From an uncultured virus (IMG/VR IMGVR_UViG_3300042691_036107) (taxonomy: Duplodnaviria > Heunggongvirae > Uroviricota > Caudoviricetes): DNA of 64,000 bases. This document shows, piece by piece, positions 1-8,631 of the stretch. The stretch lies in the IMG/VR virus record IMGVR_UViG_3300042691_036107; one strand, given 5' to 3'. Position 1 is the stretch's first letter. Each line of letters starts with the position of its first letter. Below the pieces are notes generated by a model that did not search any database, was not told the origin of the DNA, and worked only from the letters and a program-made list of their open reading frames with translations. The translations under genes were made by a program, and so were the position numbers.

Positions 1-225
1 GTGCTTCATGAGATCGCGCACACTGTCGTCGGGCGCGACGAGATGCTCTGTACGGTCTACGAACGCGCTCTTGCCAAGACTATTGGGCTGCCTCGGGGGC
101 TGTACCGGAATTTGCTCGAATACGCGCCAGGCGAGCCGAGCAAGTTCGAGCGGAAGATCCTGCTTCAAGAAGGCGTGATCGCGCGTGAGGGCCGGAAGGC
201 CCCGCACGCCGTGAGGCTCGCGTGA
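1..225 (+). CDS. 5'-truncated protein with HExxH zinc-metallopeptidase-like motif
   Basis: Open from window start; LHEIAH motif; stop overlaps next start (GTGA). Confidence 0.5.
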   Translation: MLHEIAHTVVGRDEMLCTVYERALAKTIGLPRGLYRNLLEYAPGEPSKFERKILLQEGVIAREGRKAPHAVRLA

Positions 226-455
226 ATTTCGAGTACCTGCTCCAGAACGGCGATCGGGTCGTCATCACGCACTCGTGGGCCGTGATTCATGGCCAACGTG
301 GTCGTGTGAGCGGAGAGCCCTATGTGAACCACACGGGGGGACTTGCTGTGAAGGTCATCCCGGACGGGCAGTCAGCGCTCTTCTTGTTTGTGAAAGACGT
401 GCGTCTTCTGACGCCAGCCGAGCTTCTTGCTGAGGTGGCACATGAACCCAGGTGA
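222..455 (+). CDS. small KOW/SH3-like protein with C-terminal PAELL tag
   Basis: NGDRVVI...RLLTPAELLAEV. Confidence 0.7.
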   Translation: MNFEYLLQNGDRVVITHSWAVIHGQRGRVSGEPYVNHTGGLAVKVIPDGQSALFLFVKDVRLLTPAELLAEVAHEPR

Positions 456-645
456 TCGCGTTGAAGTCCCGTTCAACGGTAAACTACTCCGAGGCACGCT
501 CGTACGTGTCTCAACGCAAGGCTGGTGCACGGTCGACATCCGGCCAGAAGGGACAGAGCCTCATACTGTCTTCGCGATGAACACCTCTGTCCGACTGCTC
601 ACCCTTGCTGAACTTCTCGCGGAACAGGCCGATGAAGCCCGGTGA
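442..645 (+). CDS. small KOW/SH3-like protein with C-terminal tag
   Basis: MNPGDRVEV...RLLTLAELLAE; GAGGT upstream of ATG 442. Confidence 0.7.
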   Translation: MNPGDRVEVPFNGKLLRGTLVRVSTQGWCTVDIRPEGTEPHTVFAMNTSVRLLTLAELLAEQADEAR

Positions 646-844
646 TCGCGTCGAGCTGACTTGGCCCCCGGGTGTGAACGGGCTTACGAAGCGCGGGGTC
701 GTTATTGACGAAGTAGTTCGGGAGAATCGCGTACTCGTGCAGTGGGACAGCAACACCACTGGGCTGCCTCACGTGACCAGGCTCCGAGTTCTTTCCCCCG
801 CGGAGGTGTTGGCCGAACTGAGCACGCACGTGGAACGCACGTGA
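632..844 (+). CDS. small KOW/SH3-like protein with C-terminal tag
   Basis: MKPGDRVEL...RVLSPAEVLAE. Confidence 0.7.
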   Translation: MKPGDRVELTWPPGVNGLTKRGVVIDEVVRENRVLVQWDSNTTGLPHVTRLRVLSPAEVLAELSTHVERT

Positions 845-945
845 TCAGGCACGTACGCGGGTGCGTGATCACGCGCGTACATGACACGCACGTACGCCGC
901 ACGTGCCGCACGTGCTTCCGCGCGGACGCGCGTGCACGCGCGGAA
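826..945. repeat. GCACGT-rich repeat/palindrome cluster
   Basis: Six GCACGT copies (826,837,849,888,899,908) and perfect palindrome CGCGCGTGCACGCGCG at 927-942. Confidence 0.7.
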
Positions 946-1094
946 AGTACCGGAGATATCCTGGATTAGCGCTTCTTAAGGGGGAACTGGAGGAGGGTGG
1001 AAGGTGGTCGTTTGCTGATACAGACTGACGGTTTGGTCGGATGGTCCGGCTTAATCGTCGGTTAACGGCGCCTTTCATGCTTAGGGTTCCTACC

Positions 1095-1949
1095 ATGTCG
1101 ACCGTTTCCGATGTCTCGGTTGTTTCGTCCGTCAACGTTGTCAAGCCCGAGGAGGTCCCCCCGATCGGGTCGCTCGTCGGCCTGCAGCAGAAGGCGAACG
1201 CGTTCGGTGTGCAGCTCCCGTTCGGCAATGCCGAGCCCGTGGCCGAACGCGGCATGGCGCTCGCGAAGGGCTACGGGGACATGCTCCCTGTGTCCGAGGA
1301 AGGCCTCGCCTTCGGCGAGGTCGAGTTCGGCAAGGCCGGCTTGCCGGAGGGCCGTCGTGAGGGTTTCGTGATGTCGTGCGCGATCGCGTACGAAGTCTCG
1401 GCCCGCTTCGGCATCACCCGGGCTAAGGTCCGTGATGCGCGCGAGGCGAAGTCCGCCAAGGGCTTCATCGCGGCCCTGGGCCTGGACGGCACCGTTCAGG
1501 CCCCGTCTCCTCGCGCGCCGCGGACGGCGACGGCCCCGGCGACGACCTCCACGCCCGCGGCGGCCCCCATGAGCCGTCAGCCGGAGCCGGTCAAGGCTCC
1601 GGCGGTCTTCGCGCCGCTCGTGGCGCTGAAGGCCCAGCTCGACGGGCTGAAGGCGGAGATCGCGACCGCTGAGGCCGCGATCGCTGGTGTCCTGGCGGCG
1701 TTCCCCGCGGCGGCCCCCGCGCTCCAGGCCCAGCTCGACCAGAAGAAGGCGGCGTCGTCCGTCGCTGCCCACAAGGCGGTCGCTGACTACCTGGCCGCTT
1801 GCGAGGCCGAAGCGGCGTCGCTGCTCGATGGGCTGGTCGTCATCGCGCCCGAGGCCGAAGCTCCGATCGTGACGGAGACGCCAGCGGAGACGCCCGCGGT
1901 GAGCGAGACCCCGGCCGAGGAGCCGGCCAAGGGGAAGGCCCGCCGCTAA
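1095..1949 (+). CDS. Ala/Pro-rich hypothetical protein, probably highly expressed
   Basis: Long ORF with strong GC3 codon bias, followed by hairpin. Confidence 0.8.
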   Translation: MSTVSDVSVVSSVNVVKPEEVPPIGSLVGLQQKANAFGVQLPFGNAEPVAERGMALAKGYGDMLPVSEEGLAFGEVEFGKAGLPEGRREGFVMSCAIAYEVSARFGITRAKVRDAREAKSAKGFIAALGLDGTVQAPSPRAPRTATAPATTSTPAAAPMSRQPEPVKAPAVFAPLVALKAQLDGLKAEIATAEAAIAGVLAAFPAAAPALQAQLDQKKAASSVAAHKAVADYLAACEAEAASLLDGLVVIAPEAEAPIVTETPAETPAVSETPAEEPAKGKARR

Positions 1950-1962
1950 GGCGTCCTCCCGC

Positions 1963-1990
1963 GGGGGGCGGGGCTTCGGTCTCGCCCCCC
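1963..1990 (+). terminator. GC-rich hairpin with UUCG loop (probable terminator/stabiliser)
   Basis: GGGGGGCGGGGC-TTCG-GTCTCGCCCCCC after stop 1949; weak U-tract. Confidence 0.6.
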
Positions 1991-2066
1991 TACGTTCATT
2001 CGTGTCCGCCCATGATGCTTGGGCGCTGAAGAAGACCGACAGCACGGTCGAAACACGGAGGCAATC

Positions 2067-2312
2067 ATGACGTTCGAGTTCTACCACGAGATGCTGCGGA
2101 AAGACGCGGCTTTCGTGTTGGAGTGCAGGCACTTCACGGAAGCCAACCTCCGGCGAAAGGACTACGCCGGGGCGGAAGGCTGGCGCGCCCTGGAGCGCCA
2201 GACGCTCCAGGCCATGGAGCTCGCCGCTCGGCTGGCGATAGCGGCACTCCTTCGAGAGTACCCGCCGGAGCCGGTCATCGTTCTGACTGGATCGGACATC
2301 GCGGAAGCTTAG
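2067..2312 (+). CDS. hypothetical protein
   Basis: GGAGG RBS before ATG 2067. Confidence 0.65.
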   Translation: MTFEFYHEMLRKDAAFVLECRHFTEANLRRKDYAGAEGWRALERQTLQAMELAARLAIAALLREYPPEPVIVLTGSDIAEA

Positions 2313-2379
2313 GTGATGGGCGCCGGCGTCGGCCGGCGTTAAACCGCAAGTCTGGTCCAAAGCCCAGACAGAGGCCAAC

Positions 2380-2748
2380 ATGCGTTTCAGCCTGCTGCTC
2401 CTGCTCACGGGTTGCCTCGGCTCCGAGCAGGGACTTCTGCCGATCGACGCTGACTGCATCACGAGCGACGCCGGCGAGCGAGAGATCGCCGTGTGCCGGG
2501 CGGAGCGCACGTGGGCCGAGGCCGAGGCTGAGTGCGCTGCCCTCGGGATGGTCCTCCTTCGGGAGGCCACGAGCCGGGACGAGGCGCTTACGCTGGCCGA
2601 CACGATCGGTGCTGAAACCGGCGCGGAGCGTTGGTGGGTCGGCTGGTCAACCTCGTGGGAGTGTCCGATGATGGGGACGCTCGGCGGGGCTGTACCGGGT
2701 GACTGCGAGGAGCCGCTGCCCTTCGCCTGCGAGCTTCTTGCCGAGTGA
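2380..2748 (+). CDS. predicted lipoprotein with C-type lectin-like domain
   Basis: Lipobox-like LLLLLTGC; TWAEAEAECAALGMVL, WWVG and CEEPLPFACE match C-type lectin motifs. Confidence 0.65.
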   Translation: MRFSLLLLLTGCLGSEQGLLPIDADCITSDAGEREIAVCRAERTWAEAEAECAALGMVLLREATSRDEALTLADTIGAETGAERWWVGWSTSWECPMMGTLGGAVPGDCEEPLPFACELLAE

Positions 2749-2858
2749 AGAGACGTGAGAGCCACTTGCTCTCTACCGAACGACACACGATCAGTGAATG
2801 CCGCGGGGATCCGGCGTGGGAGCTGATCGGGTGTCGTTCAGTCGAGAGGAGGTCCCCA

Positions 2859-3083
2859 ATGAAACTGGATGATCGCCGGAGGGCCAACAAGCTCTTCGGC
2901 GCCTGCGTCGGCTGGCTCGACCGCACGAGAACGTGCCCGAGCGAGCAGAACAAGAGCAAGCTCTCGTCGGTCGCAGCGCGGCTGGACGAGTTCGTAACTG
3001 CGTATCCGGAGGAGTTTCCTCCCGAGTACCCGAAGGTCGTGCGGCGAGCGAAAGCGCTCGTGCGCCAGAAGGAGATCGAGTGA
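2859..3083 (+). CDS. hypothetical protein
   Basis: AGGAGG RBS, ATG 2859. Confidence 0.6.
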   Translation: MKLDDRRRANKLFGACVGWLDRTRTCPSEQNKSKLSSVAARLDEFVTAYPEEFPPEYPKVVRRAKALVRQKEIE

Positions 3084-3385
3084 TGAACTGGACAACCGAG
3101 CCCGGGTCGGAGCGCCGCATGTGCTTCGACCCGAAGCGAGGGCTCGCGCTGCTCGTCTCGCACAGCCCGGTGAGCGGGTGGATCCTGACGGCCGTTCAGG
3201 ACCATCGACACCAGGGGCCGACACACGTGGAGGACCGGTTGGACCGGACCCTCGATGCGTTACTGAAGGCAAGACCGCGCCGCCGGACGGTCTCGGGCTT
3301 GACGGAGATGTCCGTCGAGCTGGCCGCGGAAGTCCTCTGGGAACAGACAGACGAGATGTTGAGCCGTTGGTTCGCGAAGAACTAG
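3083..3385 (+). CDS. hypothetical protein
   Basis: TGATG coupling with previous gene. Confidence 0.6.
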   Translation: MNWTTEPGSERRMCFDPKRGLALLVSHSPVSGWILTAVQDHRHQGPTHVEDRLDRTLDALLKARPRRRTVSGLTEMSVELAAEVLWEQTDEMLSRWFAKN

Positions 3386-3391
3386 CTGCTC

Positions 3392-3421
3392 TGACATCTG
3401 ACACGCCGGACGTGCTATGGT
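3392..3421 (+). promoter_or_regulatory. TGACA-N2-TGACA repeat plus extended -10-like TGCTATGGT
   Basis: Intergenic, upstream of the long AAA/vWA operon. Confidence 0.4.
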
Positions 3422-3552
3422 GTTCTGCTCACGCAGACACCGGGCGCGATCCGGCGGCATGGCCCTCATGCCGTCACCTGCGCGTGGCGAGGGCTGCACA
3501 CCGGCATGTTGCCGGTGACCGACGACGGCAACTGCACAGACAGGATCCTCTC

Positions 3553-4695
3553 ATGTTGTTTCTCGACGCCGCTCGCATGATGTTCGACGACTGGAAGGCG
3601 GGGGACAAGACCCCGTACATCCTGCTCGGCCCTCCGGGCATCGGCAAGTCCGCCATCCCGACCCTCGTGGCCGAGATGATGACCAAGTACGTCCAGTCGC
3701 GCCAGCCGGCGGCGGGTCCGGCGATCTGCCGCATCCTGGACACGACGACCAAGATGCCCGAGGACATCCCCGGGCTCCCGCACATCGACAAGGACGGGCC
3801 GAACCCGGTCACCCGGTTCGCATCCCAGTCGTGGATGGCGGAGCTGTGCGAGCCGGGCGCGTACGGTGTTCTGTGCTTCGATGATGGCACCCAGGCGCTC
3901 CAGAGCGTGCAACTCGCGATGCGGCAGGTGCTGCTCCAGCGCGAGGTTCACGACGCCAAGCTCTCCGACAACGTGCTGGTCATCGTGACCGGCAACCGGC
4001 GGGAAGACAAGAGCGGCGCGGCGGCGCTGCCGGCCCACTTCATCAACGCCTGCTCGCTGCACACTATCCAGCCCGACTTCGCGAGCTGGGCGCTCTGGTA
4101 CGGCGAGCAGTCGGGCTTGGACCCGGTGGTCCCCTCCTTCCTCCGCTGGAGGTTGGTCCACTTCCACAAGACGCCGGCCGACGCCGACAGCATGGGCCGC
4201 TTCGCCACGCCTCGCACGTGGGCGAAGCTGGGCGCGCGGCTCCCGAACCACCGCAACCACCCCGAGCGGCTCCTGGAATTGTCGGCGGGCCTCGTCGGCG
4301 AGGGCGTCGGGATCGAGTTCGTGGCGTTCGTCAACACCCGCTCGCAGCTCGTGGAGCCCGAGCGGGTGCTTCAGGACCCGGAGCGCGCGTTGCCCAACCC
4401 GAAGGCGACGCTCGACACGCCGGACAAGGCGTACGCGCTCATCACCGGGTTGGGCGAGGCGGCAGCCCAGTGGGCCAAGAGCGGCGACAAGAAGAAGACG
4501 GCGGAGCACGGGCTCGCCTTTCTCCGCGCGATCGGCTGGGCCAGCGACGGCAACCGTGAGTTCATCTCGGTGGCCCTCGACACCTTCGTCGCGAACGGGG
4601 GTTCGATGGCGCCGGTGCTCGCGGCAGCCCAGAAGGCGGGCAAGGATCCGCTGGTCAAGGGCGTCATCGATCACCTGGCGAAGGCGCTCAAGTGA
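3553..4695 (+). CDS. MoxR-like AAA+ ATPase
   Basis: Walker A GPPGIGKS, Walker B VLCFDD, TGNRRED, TPRTW motif. Confidence 0.85.
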   Translation: MLFLDAARMMFDDWKAGDKTPYILLGPPGIGKSAIPTLVAEMMTKYVQSRQPAAGPAICRILDTTTKMPEDIPGLPHIDKDGPNPVTRFASQSWMAELCEPGAYGVLCFDDGTQALQSVQLAMRQVLLQREVHDAKLSDNVLVIVTGNRREDKSGAAALPAHFINACSLHTIQPDFASWALWYGEQSGLDPVVPSFLRWRLVHFHKTPADADSMGRFATPRTWAKLGARLPNHRNHPERLLELSAGLVGEGVGIEFVAFVNTRSQLVEPERVLQDPERALPNPKATLDTPDKAYALITGLGEAAAQWAKSGDKKKTAEHGLAFLRAIGWASDGNREFISVALDTFVANGGSMAPVLAAAQKAGKDPLVKGVIDHLAKALK

Positions 4696-6017
4696 ACGCG
4701 AAGGCTGAAGTCCTGTCGCCAGAAGCGCTGGTGGCGATGGAAGGCCCTGCGCGAGACCTGGTGAAGGAGGCGCAGCTCGCGCTCTCCGTGTGGTGTCCGT
4801 TCTTCGCGCACCTCGTCTTGAAGATGAAGGTGATCATCACGGACCGCATCCCGCTGGCCGCGGTGACGCCCGATCGGGTGTTGCTGATCAACCCTCAGTG
4901 GGCCACGACGACGACGCCGGGGGAACTGGCGGCGACGCTCGTGCACGAGACGTTGCACATCGCGCTGCTCAACTTCGAGCGGCAGGGCGAGCGGAAGCTG
5001 ATCGTGCAAGACCAGCACGGGCAGAAGGCGCCGTTGTGGAACCTCGCGTGCGACTTCGTGATCAACGAGGTCATCGAGCACATGAGCGAGAGGTCGCCCT
5101 TGCTCACGGAGAAGCGGTTCCTCCCTCCGACAAAGTGGGAGCCGAAGGGGCTGTACGACGCGAAGTACGACGGCTGGTCGGCGGAGGAGGTCTATGATGA
5201 CCTGCTCACGAACGTGAAGCAGCCGCCCCCGGACCGCAAGGGCTGTTCACCGGGACAAGGCAACTTCATCATCGAGATGGAGTTCGGTCCTGGCACGGCG
5301 GACATGCAGGATGGCGACCGCAAGGCGGACGGCACGAAGATGTCGCCGACCGAGAAGGCGCTGGAGAAGCAGTATTGGACGATGGCCCTCGTGGAAGCCG
5401 CGATGGTGCACCAACAGACGCGTGAGCGCGGTACGCTCCCGGGTCGCATCGATAAGCTGGTGAAGGAGATCACCGAGCCCCAGGTGAGCTGGCGCGAGGC
5501 CCTGTCGCGATGGGTCGGCCAGAACGGGGCGCGGGGTGACTTCAGCTACCGTCGTCCTTCCCGGCGATCGGAATCGGCCGGAACCATCCTGCCGATCCTG
5601 GTCAAGTGGGGCATCGCGGACGTGGTGATCTTGTGGGACACCTCGGGCTCGATGAACAGCCGCGAGACGGAGATCATGAGCGAGGTCGTGGGCATGTGTC
5701 ACGAGATCGGCATGACCGTCTGGGTCATCACGTGCGATACCGAGGTCCACTCGGACCAGAAGGGCGTGAGCGAAGCCGACCAGATCTCCGTCATCGGAGG
5801 CGGCGGCTCGGACTTCTGCCCGGCGTTCGAGCTGGTCGAGGAGGCTCAGTTCGAGGGCGTGATCGTGGCGTTCACGGATGGGTACATCCGTGTTCCTCCG
5901 GTTGCTCCGGTGAACGTCAAGGGCGTTCTCTGGGTCCTGTGGGAGCACGATGTCGACCCGACCGGCGGAACGTGGGGTGAGATCCTCCGCGTCCAGGATG
6001 GCAAGGTCAAACGTTGA
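4692..6017 (+). CDS. HExxH metallopeptidase-like + vWA domain protein (DUF2201-like)
   Basis: VHETLH, WNLACDFVIN, DTSGSM, GGGGSDF, FTDGY; adjacent to AAA ATPase. Confidence 0.85.
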   Translation: MNAKAEVLSPEALVAMEGPARDLVKEAQLALSVWCPFFAHLVLKMKVIITDRIPLAAVTPDRVLLINPQWATTTTPGELAATLVHETLHIALLNFERQGERKLIVQDQHGQKAPLWNLACDFVINEVIEHMSERSPLLTEKRFLPPTKWEPKGLYDAKYDGWSAEEVYDDLLTNVKQPPPDRKGCSPGQGNFIIEMEFGPGTADMQDGDRKADGTKMSPTEKALEKQYWTMALVEAAMVHQQTRERGTLPGRIDKLVKEITEPQVSWREALSRWVGQNGARGDFSYRRPSRRSESAGTILPILVKWGIADVVILWDTSGSMNSRETEIMSEVVGMCHEIGMTVWVITCDTEVHSDQKGVSEADQISVIGGGGSDFCPAFELVEEAQFEGVIVAFTDGYIRVPPVAPVNVKGVLWVLWEHDVDPTGGTWGEILRVQDGKVKR

Positions 6018-6099
6018 GATGACCGGGAGGGGTTAGGCCCGGTGCGGCGAGCGTCTTGCGTAACGCAAGCAGCTCGCGTCCCCATGATGGAGGTCCAGC

Positions 6100-6444
6100 G
6101 TGCGTAGAGCGGTCAAGCGCGTAGAGCTGGAGGTCTGCTCTGACTGCTACGCTATCATTACAGGCTTCGACGTGACGCAATATTGTGACAATGACGTTAA
6201 TGCGCTCGATCGTTCTGCGCGTCAGCTCGAAGCAGACTGGCCGGAGCCCTGGGAGCTTCACGCGGGCGGCTGGGACGAGTGTGAAGCGTGCCAGGACAAC
6301 GACCGAGGTTGCGAGTCATACTTCTCCTGGCGCGCGTGTGAGAGCTGTCACGCGTCGTTGGGCGGCGATCGGTATCACGCGGTCGCGATCCGGTGGCTCA
6401 CGCCGGCCGAGGAGCTGCTTGACAGCGTAGGGGAGCTGCCTTGA
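6100..6444 (+). CDS. Cys-rich hypothetical protein with PAExL tag
   Basis: CxxC pairs; ends RWLTPAEELL. Confidence 0.7.
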   Translation: MRRAVKRVELEVCSDCYAIITGFDVTQYCDNDVNALDRSARQLEADWPEPWELHAGGWDECEACQDNDRGCESYFSWRACESCHASLGGDRYHAVAIRWLTPAEELLDSVGELP

Positions 6445-6602
6445 CTGAAGTACGCATCGCCGTGATCGCGTACAGTCAGGTCAAAGGGGGTCGTCTGCAG
6501 GCCCGAAGTCCTTTGTTCAGGAACAGGCAATACACCTGGCTAGGCTGCAGGCTCGTACGTGTCGTGCGGCCGGCTCAGCAACTCGCGGAGATGCAGCGAT
6601 GA
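6441..6602 (+). CDS. FGE C-terminal-like cassette A1
   Basis: Manual translation MTEVRIAVIAYSQVKGGRLQARSPLFRNRQYTWLGCRLVRVVRPAQQLAEMQR. Confidence 0.65.
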   Translation: MTEVRIAVIAYSQVKGGRLQARSPLFRNRQYTWLGCRLVRVVRPAQQLAEMQR

Positions 6603-6787
6603 GCGACAGAACTACGGCGCAAGGTCTTCCAATCCGCCTGTGTGCTTGCCGTGGCGCGAGCTGCTTATCCTCTACGCTGCAGCTTGACCTTCCGATTCGT
6701 TCTTGGCCTGACTCGAACATAACTTTCGGGTTTCGGCTCATCCGTGTCGTTCGACCGGCTTGTCTGCTCGCGGAGGCGGGAAGATGA
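6599..6787 (+). CDS. cassette A2
   Basis: ...CRGASC...FGFRLIRVVRPACLLAE. Confidence 0.7.
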   Translation: MSDRTTAQGLPIRLCACRGASCLSSTLQLDLPIRSWPDSNITFGFRLIRVVRPACLLAEAGR

Positions 6788-6969
6788 GCCCCAAGCATAC
6801 GATGCAAGCCCTCATCTACCGTACATGTAGTAGTTGCGGTGGAAGTATATGGTCATGGGCACAGGCGCTCAAGATAACTTCGCGTTCCGGGCCGGACAAA
6901 GGCATGACTACAGGCTTCCGACTTGTTCGGCGCCTTGGTCCGGCTCAGGCCCTCGTGGAGATGAAGTGA
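6784..6969 (+). CDS. cassette A3
   Basis: ...CGGSIW...TGFRLVRRLGPAQALVEMK. Confidence 0.75.
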   Translation: MSPKHTMQALIYRTCSSCGGSIWSWAQALKITSRSGPDKGMTTGFRLVRRLGPAQALVEMK

Positions 6970-7130
6970 TTTACCGGGTCACAAACGGAGGCTCTTGCAT
7001 TTTCACGGCATGGAGCGCGAGCATCATGAACCGCGGTTGGAGTTCGCCCGCCGGCACAGTCCGCACACAGGGCTTTCGTCTGCTCAGGCGACTCACGCCG
7101 GCCATGCAGCTCGTCGAGGTACAGCGATGA
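6966..7130 (+). CDS. cassette A4
   Basis: ...NGGSCIF...QGFRLLRRLTPAMQLVEVQR. Confidence 0.75.
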   Translation: MIYRVTNGGSCIFTAWSASIMNRGWSSPAGTVRTQGFRLLRRLTPAMQLVEVQR

Positions 7131-7309
7131 ACATGATCTACAGCTCGTTGCACGGCGGCGGCTGGTGGACCTCCATGGGCCACATACACATACGCCCGAT
7201 GGATCTTCGTCGCGTCCGGCAGCGGAAAGACATCCAGATGCGCGGTTTCGGCTTTCGACTCGTTCGTCAGCTTCTGCCTGCTCAGGTGATCGCCGAGGTG
7301 AAGCTGTGA
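7127..7309 (+). CDS. cassette A5
   Basis: ...HGGGWW...FGFRLVRQLLPAQVIAEVKL. Confidence 0.75.
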   Translation: MNMIYSSLHGGGWWTSMGHIHIRPMDLRRVRQRKDIQMRGFGFRLVRQLLPAQVIAEVKL

Positions 7310-7491
7310 GCGTCGCCGGTCGCTCGTTTCGTGGCGGAGGCTGGTGGAATTCTTCGGCGTCTATGCGCGTCACGGATCGTTTCAGGTTTCAGCCCGATTA
7401 CTGCTTCAACGTCCTTGGTCTTCGCCTGACCCGGCGGCTCGTTCCCGCTCAACAATTGCTCGAAGTAACAATCCACGAAGAGGAGGTCCCT
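7306..7491 (+). CDS. cassette A6 (no stop; reads in frame into the FGE scaffold)
   Basis: RSFRGGGWWNSSASMRVTDRFRFQPDYCFNVLGLRLTRRLVPAQQLLEV. Confidence 0.7.
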
Positions 7492-7947
7492 GTGAGCAAG
7501 CTCGATGAAGTGACGTACGTGGTCGACGGTGTGGAGTTCGTGTTCGTTCGGACGCAGATGCCGAACGGCGACATCATGGAGATCCAGAAGTACCCCATGA
7601 CCCAGGCGCAGTACCGGGCGCTGACGGGCAAGGATCCGTCGCACTTCAAGGGCGACCAGAACCCCGTGGAGTCCGTCAACTGGTACGAGTCGGTCGAGGC
7701 CGGCAAGCTCCTGTCGGAGAAGACGGGCCGCGAAGGCTTCCGTCTCCCGACCGAGGAAGAGTGGGTCTGGGCGGCGAAGGCCGGGGATGACTTCGAGTGG
7801 GCGGGCTCGAACAACCCCGATGAGGTCGCCTGGCACGACGGGAACTCGGGCGGCAGCACGCACCCGGTCGGCCAGCTCAAGCCGAACGGCTGGGGCATCT
7901 ACGACATGTCCGGGAACGTGTGGGAGTGGTGCCTGGATGAGTTCTAG
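7492..7947 (+). CDS. C-terminally truncated formylglycine-generating enzyme (FGE/SUMF1, CLec-fold) domain protein
   Basis: AGGAGGT RBS + GTG; YPMTQAQY, PVESVNWY, FRLPTEEEWVWAA, HPVGQLKPNGWGIYDMSGNVWEWCLD then stop. Confidence 0.9.
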   Translation: MSKLDEVTYVVDGVEFVFVRTQMPNGDIMEIQKYPMTQAQYRALTGKDPSHFKGDQNPVESVNWYESVEAGKLLSEKTGREGFRLPTEEEWVWAAKAGDDFEWAGSNNPDEVAWHDGNSGGSTHPVGQLKPNGWGIYDMSGNVWEWCLDEF

Positions 7948-8112
7948 AACCAGGATCACGCGCGGCGGAAGTTTCTTCGCAGTCTTACGCTGGCGTGCTC
8001 GATCGAGGACAGGGGCGGACACGAAGAAGTGTACCGTCGCTATCCCGCGGTCGGCTTCCGCCTCGTCCGTCGTCTTCGTCCTGCCATGCAACTCAGCGAG
8101 GTAACACCGTGA
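7937..8112 (+). pseudogene. cassette A7, frameshifted
   Basis: MSSRTRITRGGSFF in one frame; ...YPAVGFRLVRRLRPAMQLSEVTP* in the -1 frame. Confidence 0.65.
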
Positions 8113-8282
8113 GTCAGTTCAGACGGGTCGTCGGAGGATGCTACTTCCAGATGCGTCACGTGATGACCCGTCTTCTGCCGAAGCAAGGCGGACTTCAAAG
8201 CAGCAGGAAAGAACGATCGACAGGCCTTCGGCTCGTTCGCCGGCTCAGGCCTGCACAGGCTTTGGCCGAGGAGGTCCGATGA
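8109..8282 (+). CDS. cassette A8
   Basis: VVGGCYF...TGLRLVRRLRPAQALAEEVR. Confidence 0.75.
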   Translation: MSQFRRVVGGCYFQMRHVMTRLLPKQGGLQSSRKERSTGLRLVRRLRPAQALAEEVR

Positions 8283-8455
8283 AACGACAGGATCGGCCTC
8301 GGCCACAGCGCGGTGGCGATTGCTTCGCGCGCTCTTATTGGTCTGAGATCGTGAGTTCAGACTCATCTCATCCGCGGTGGACCGCGACAGACTCCGGCTT
8401 CCGGCTCGTCCGTCTTCTTCTACCGGCTCAAGCCTTGGCAGAGGTGAAGCTGTGA
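8279..8455 (+). CDS. cassette A9
   Basis: QRGGDCF...SGFRLVRLLLPAQALAEVKL. Confidence 0.75.
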   Translation: MKRQDRPRPQRGGDCFARSYWSEIVSSDSSHPRWTATDSGFRLVRLLLPAQALAEVKL

Positions 8456-8631
8456 AGATCAAGTTTACCTTCCACTCTGGCGGTTCTTTCGCGGATCCCA
8501 CTAGCTCTCGCTGCCAGCTCGGCGCGGCTGACTTCTCGCACCCTAAGACGCGAAATAGCGACATTGGATTTCGGCTCGTCCGTCAACTCACGCCCGCACA
8601 GGCACTAGCAGAGGTCACCTGTGAGCAGTGA
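8452..8631 (+). CDS. cassette A10
   Basis: HSGGSF...RNSDIGFRLVRQLTPAQALAEV. Confidence 0.8.
   Translation: MKIKFTFHSGGSFADPTSSRCQLGAADFSHPKTRNSDIGFRLVRQLTPAQALAEVTCEQ

Noticed and set aside
7492..7947. Active formylglycine-generating enzyme or sulfatase system
   Set aside because: The segment carrying the catalytic cysteines is absent and no sulfatase is nearby; a binding-scaffold role is more plausible.
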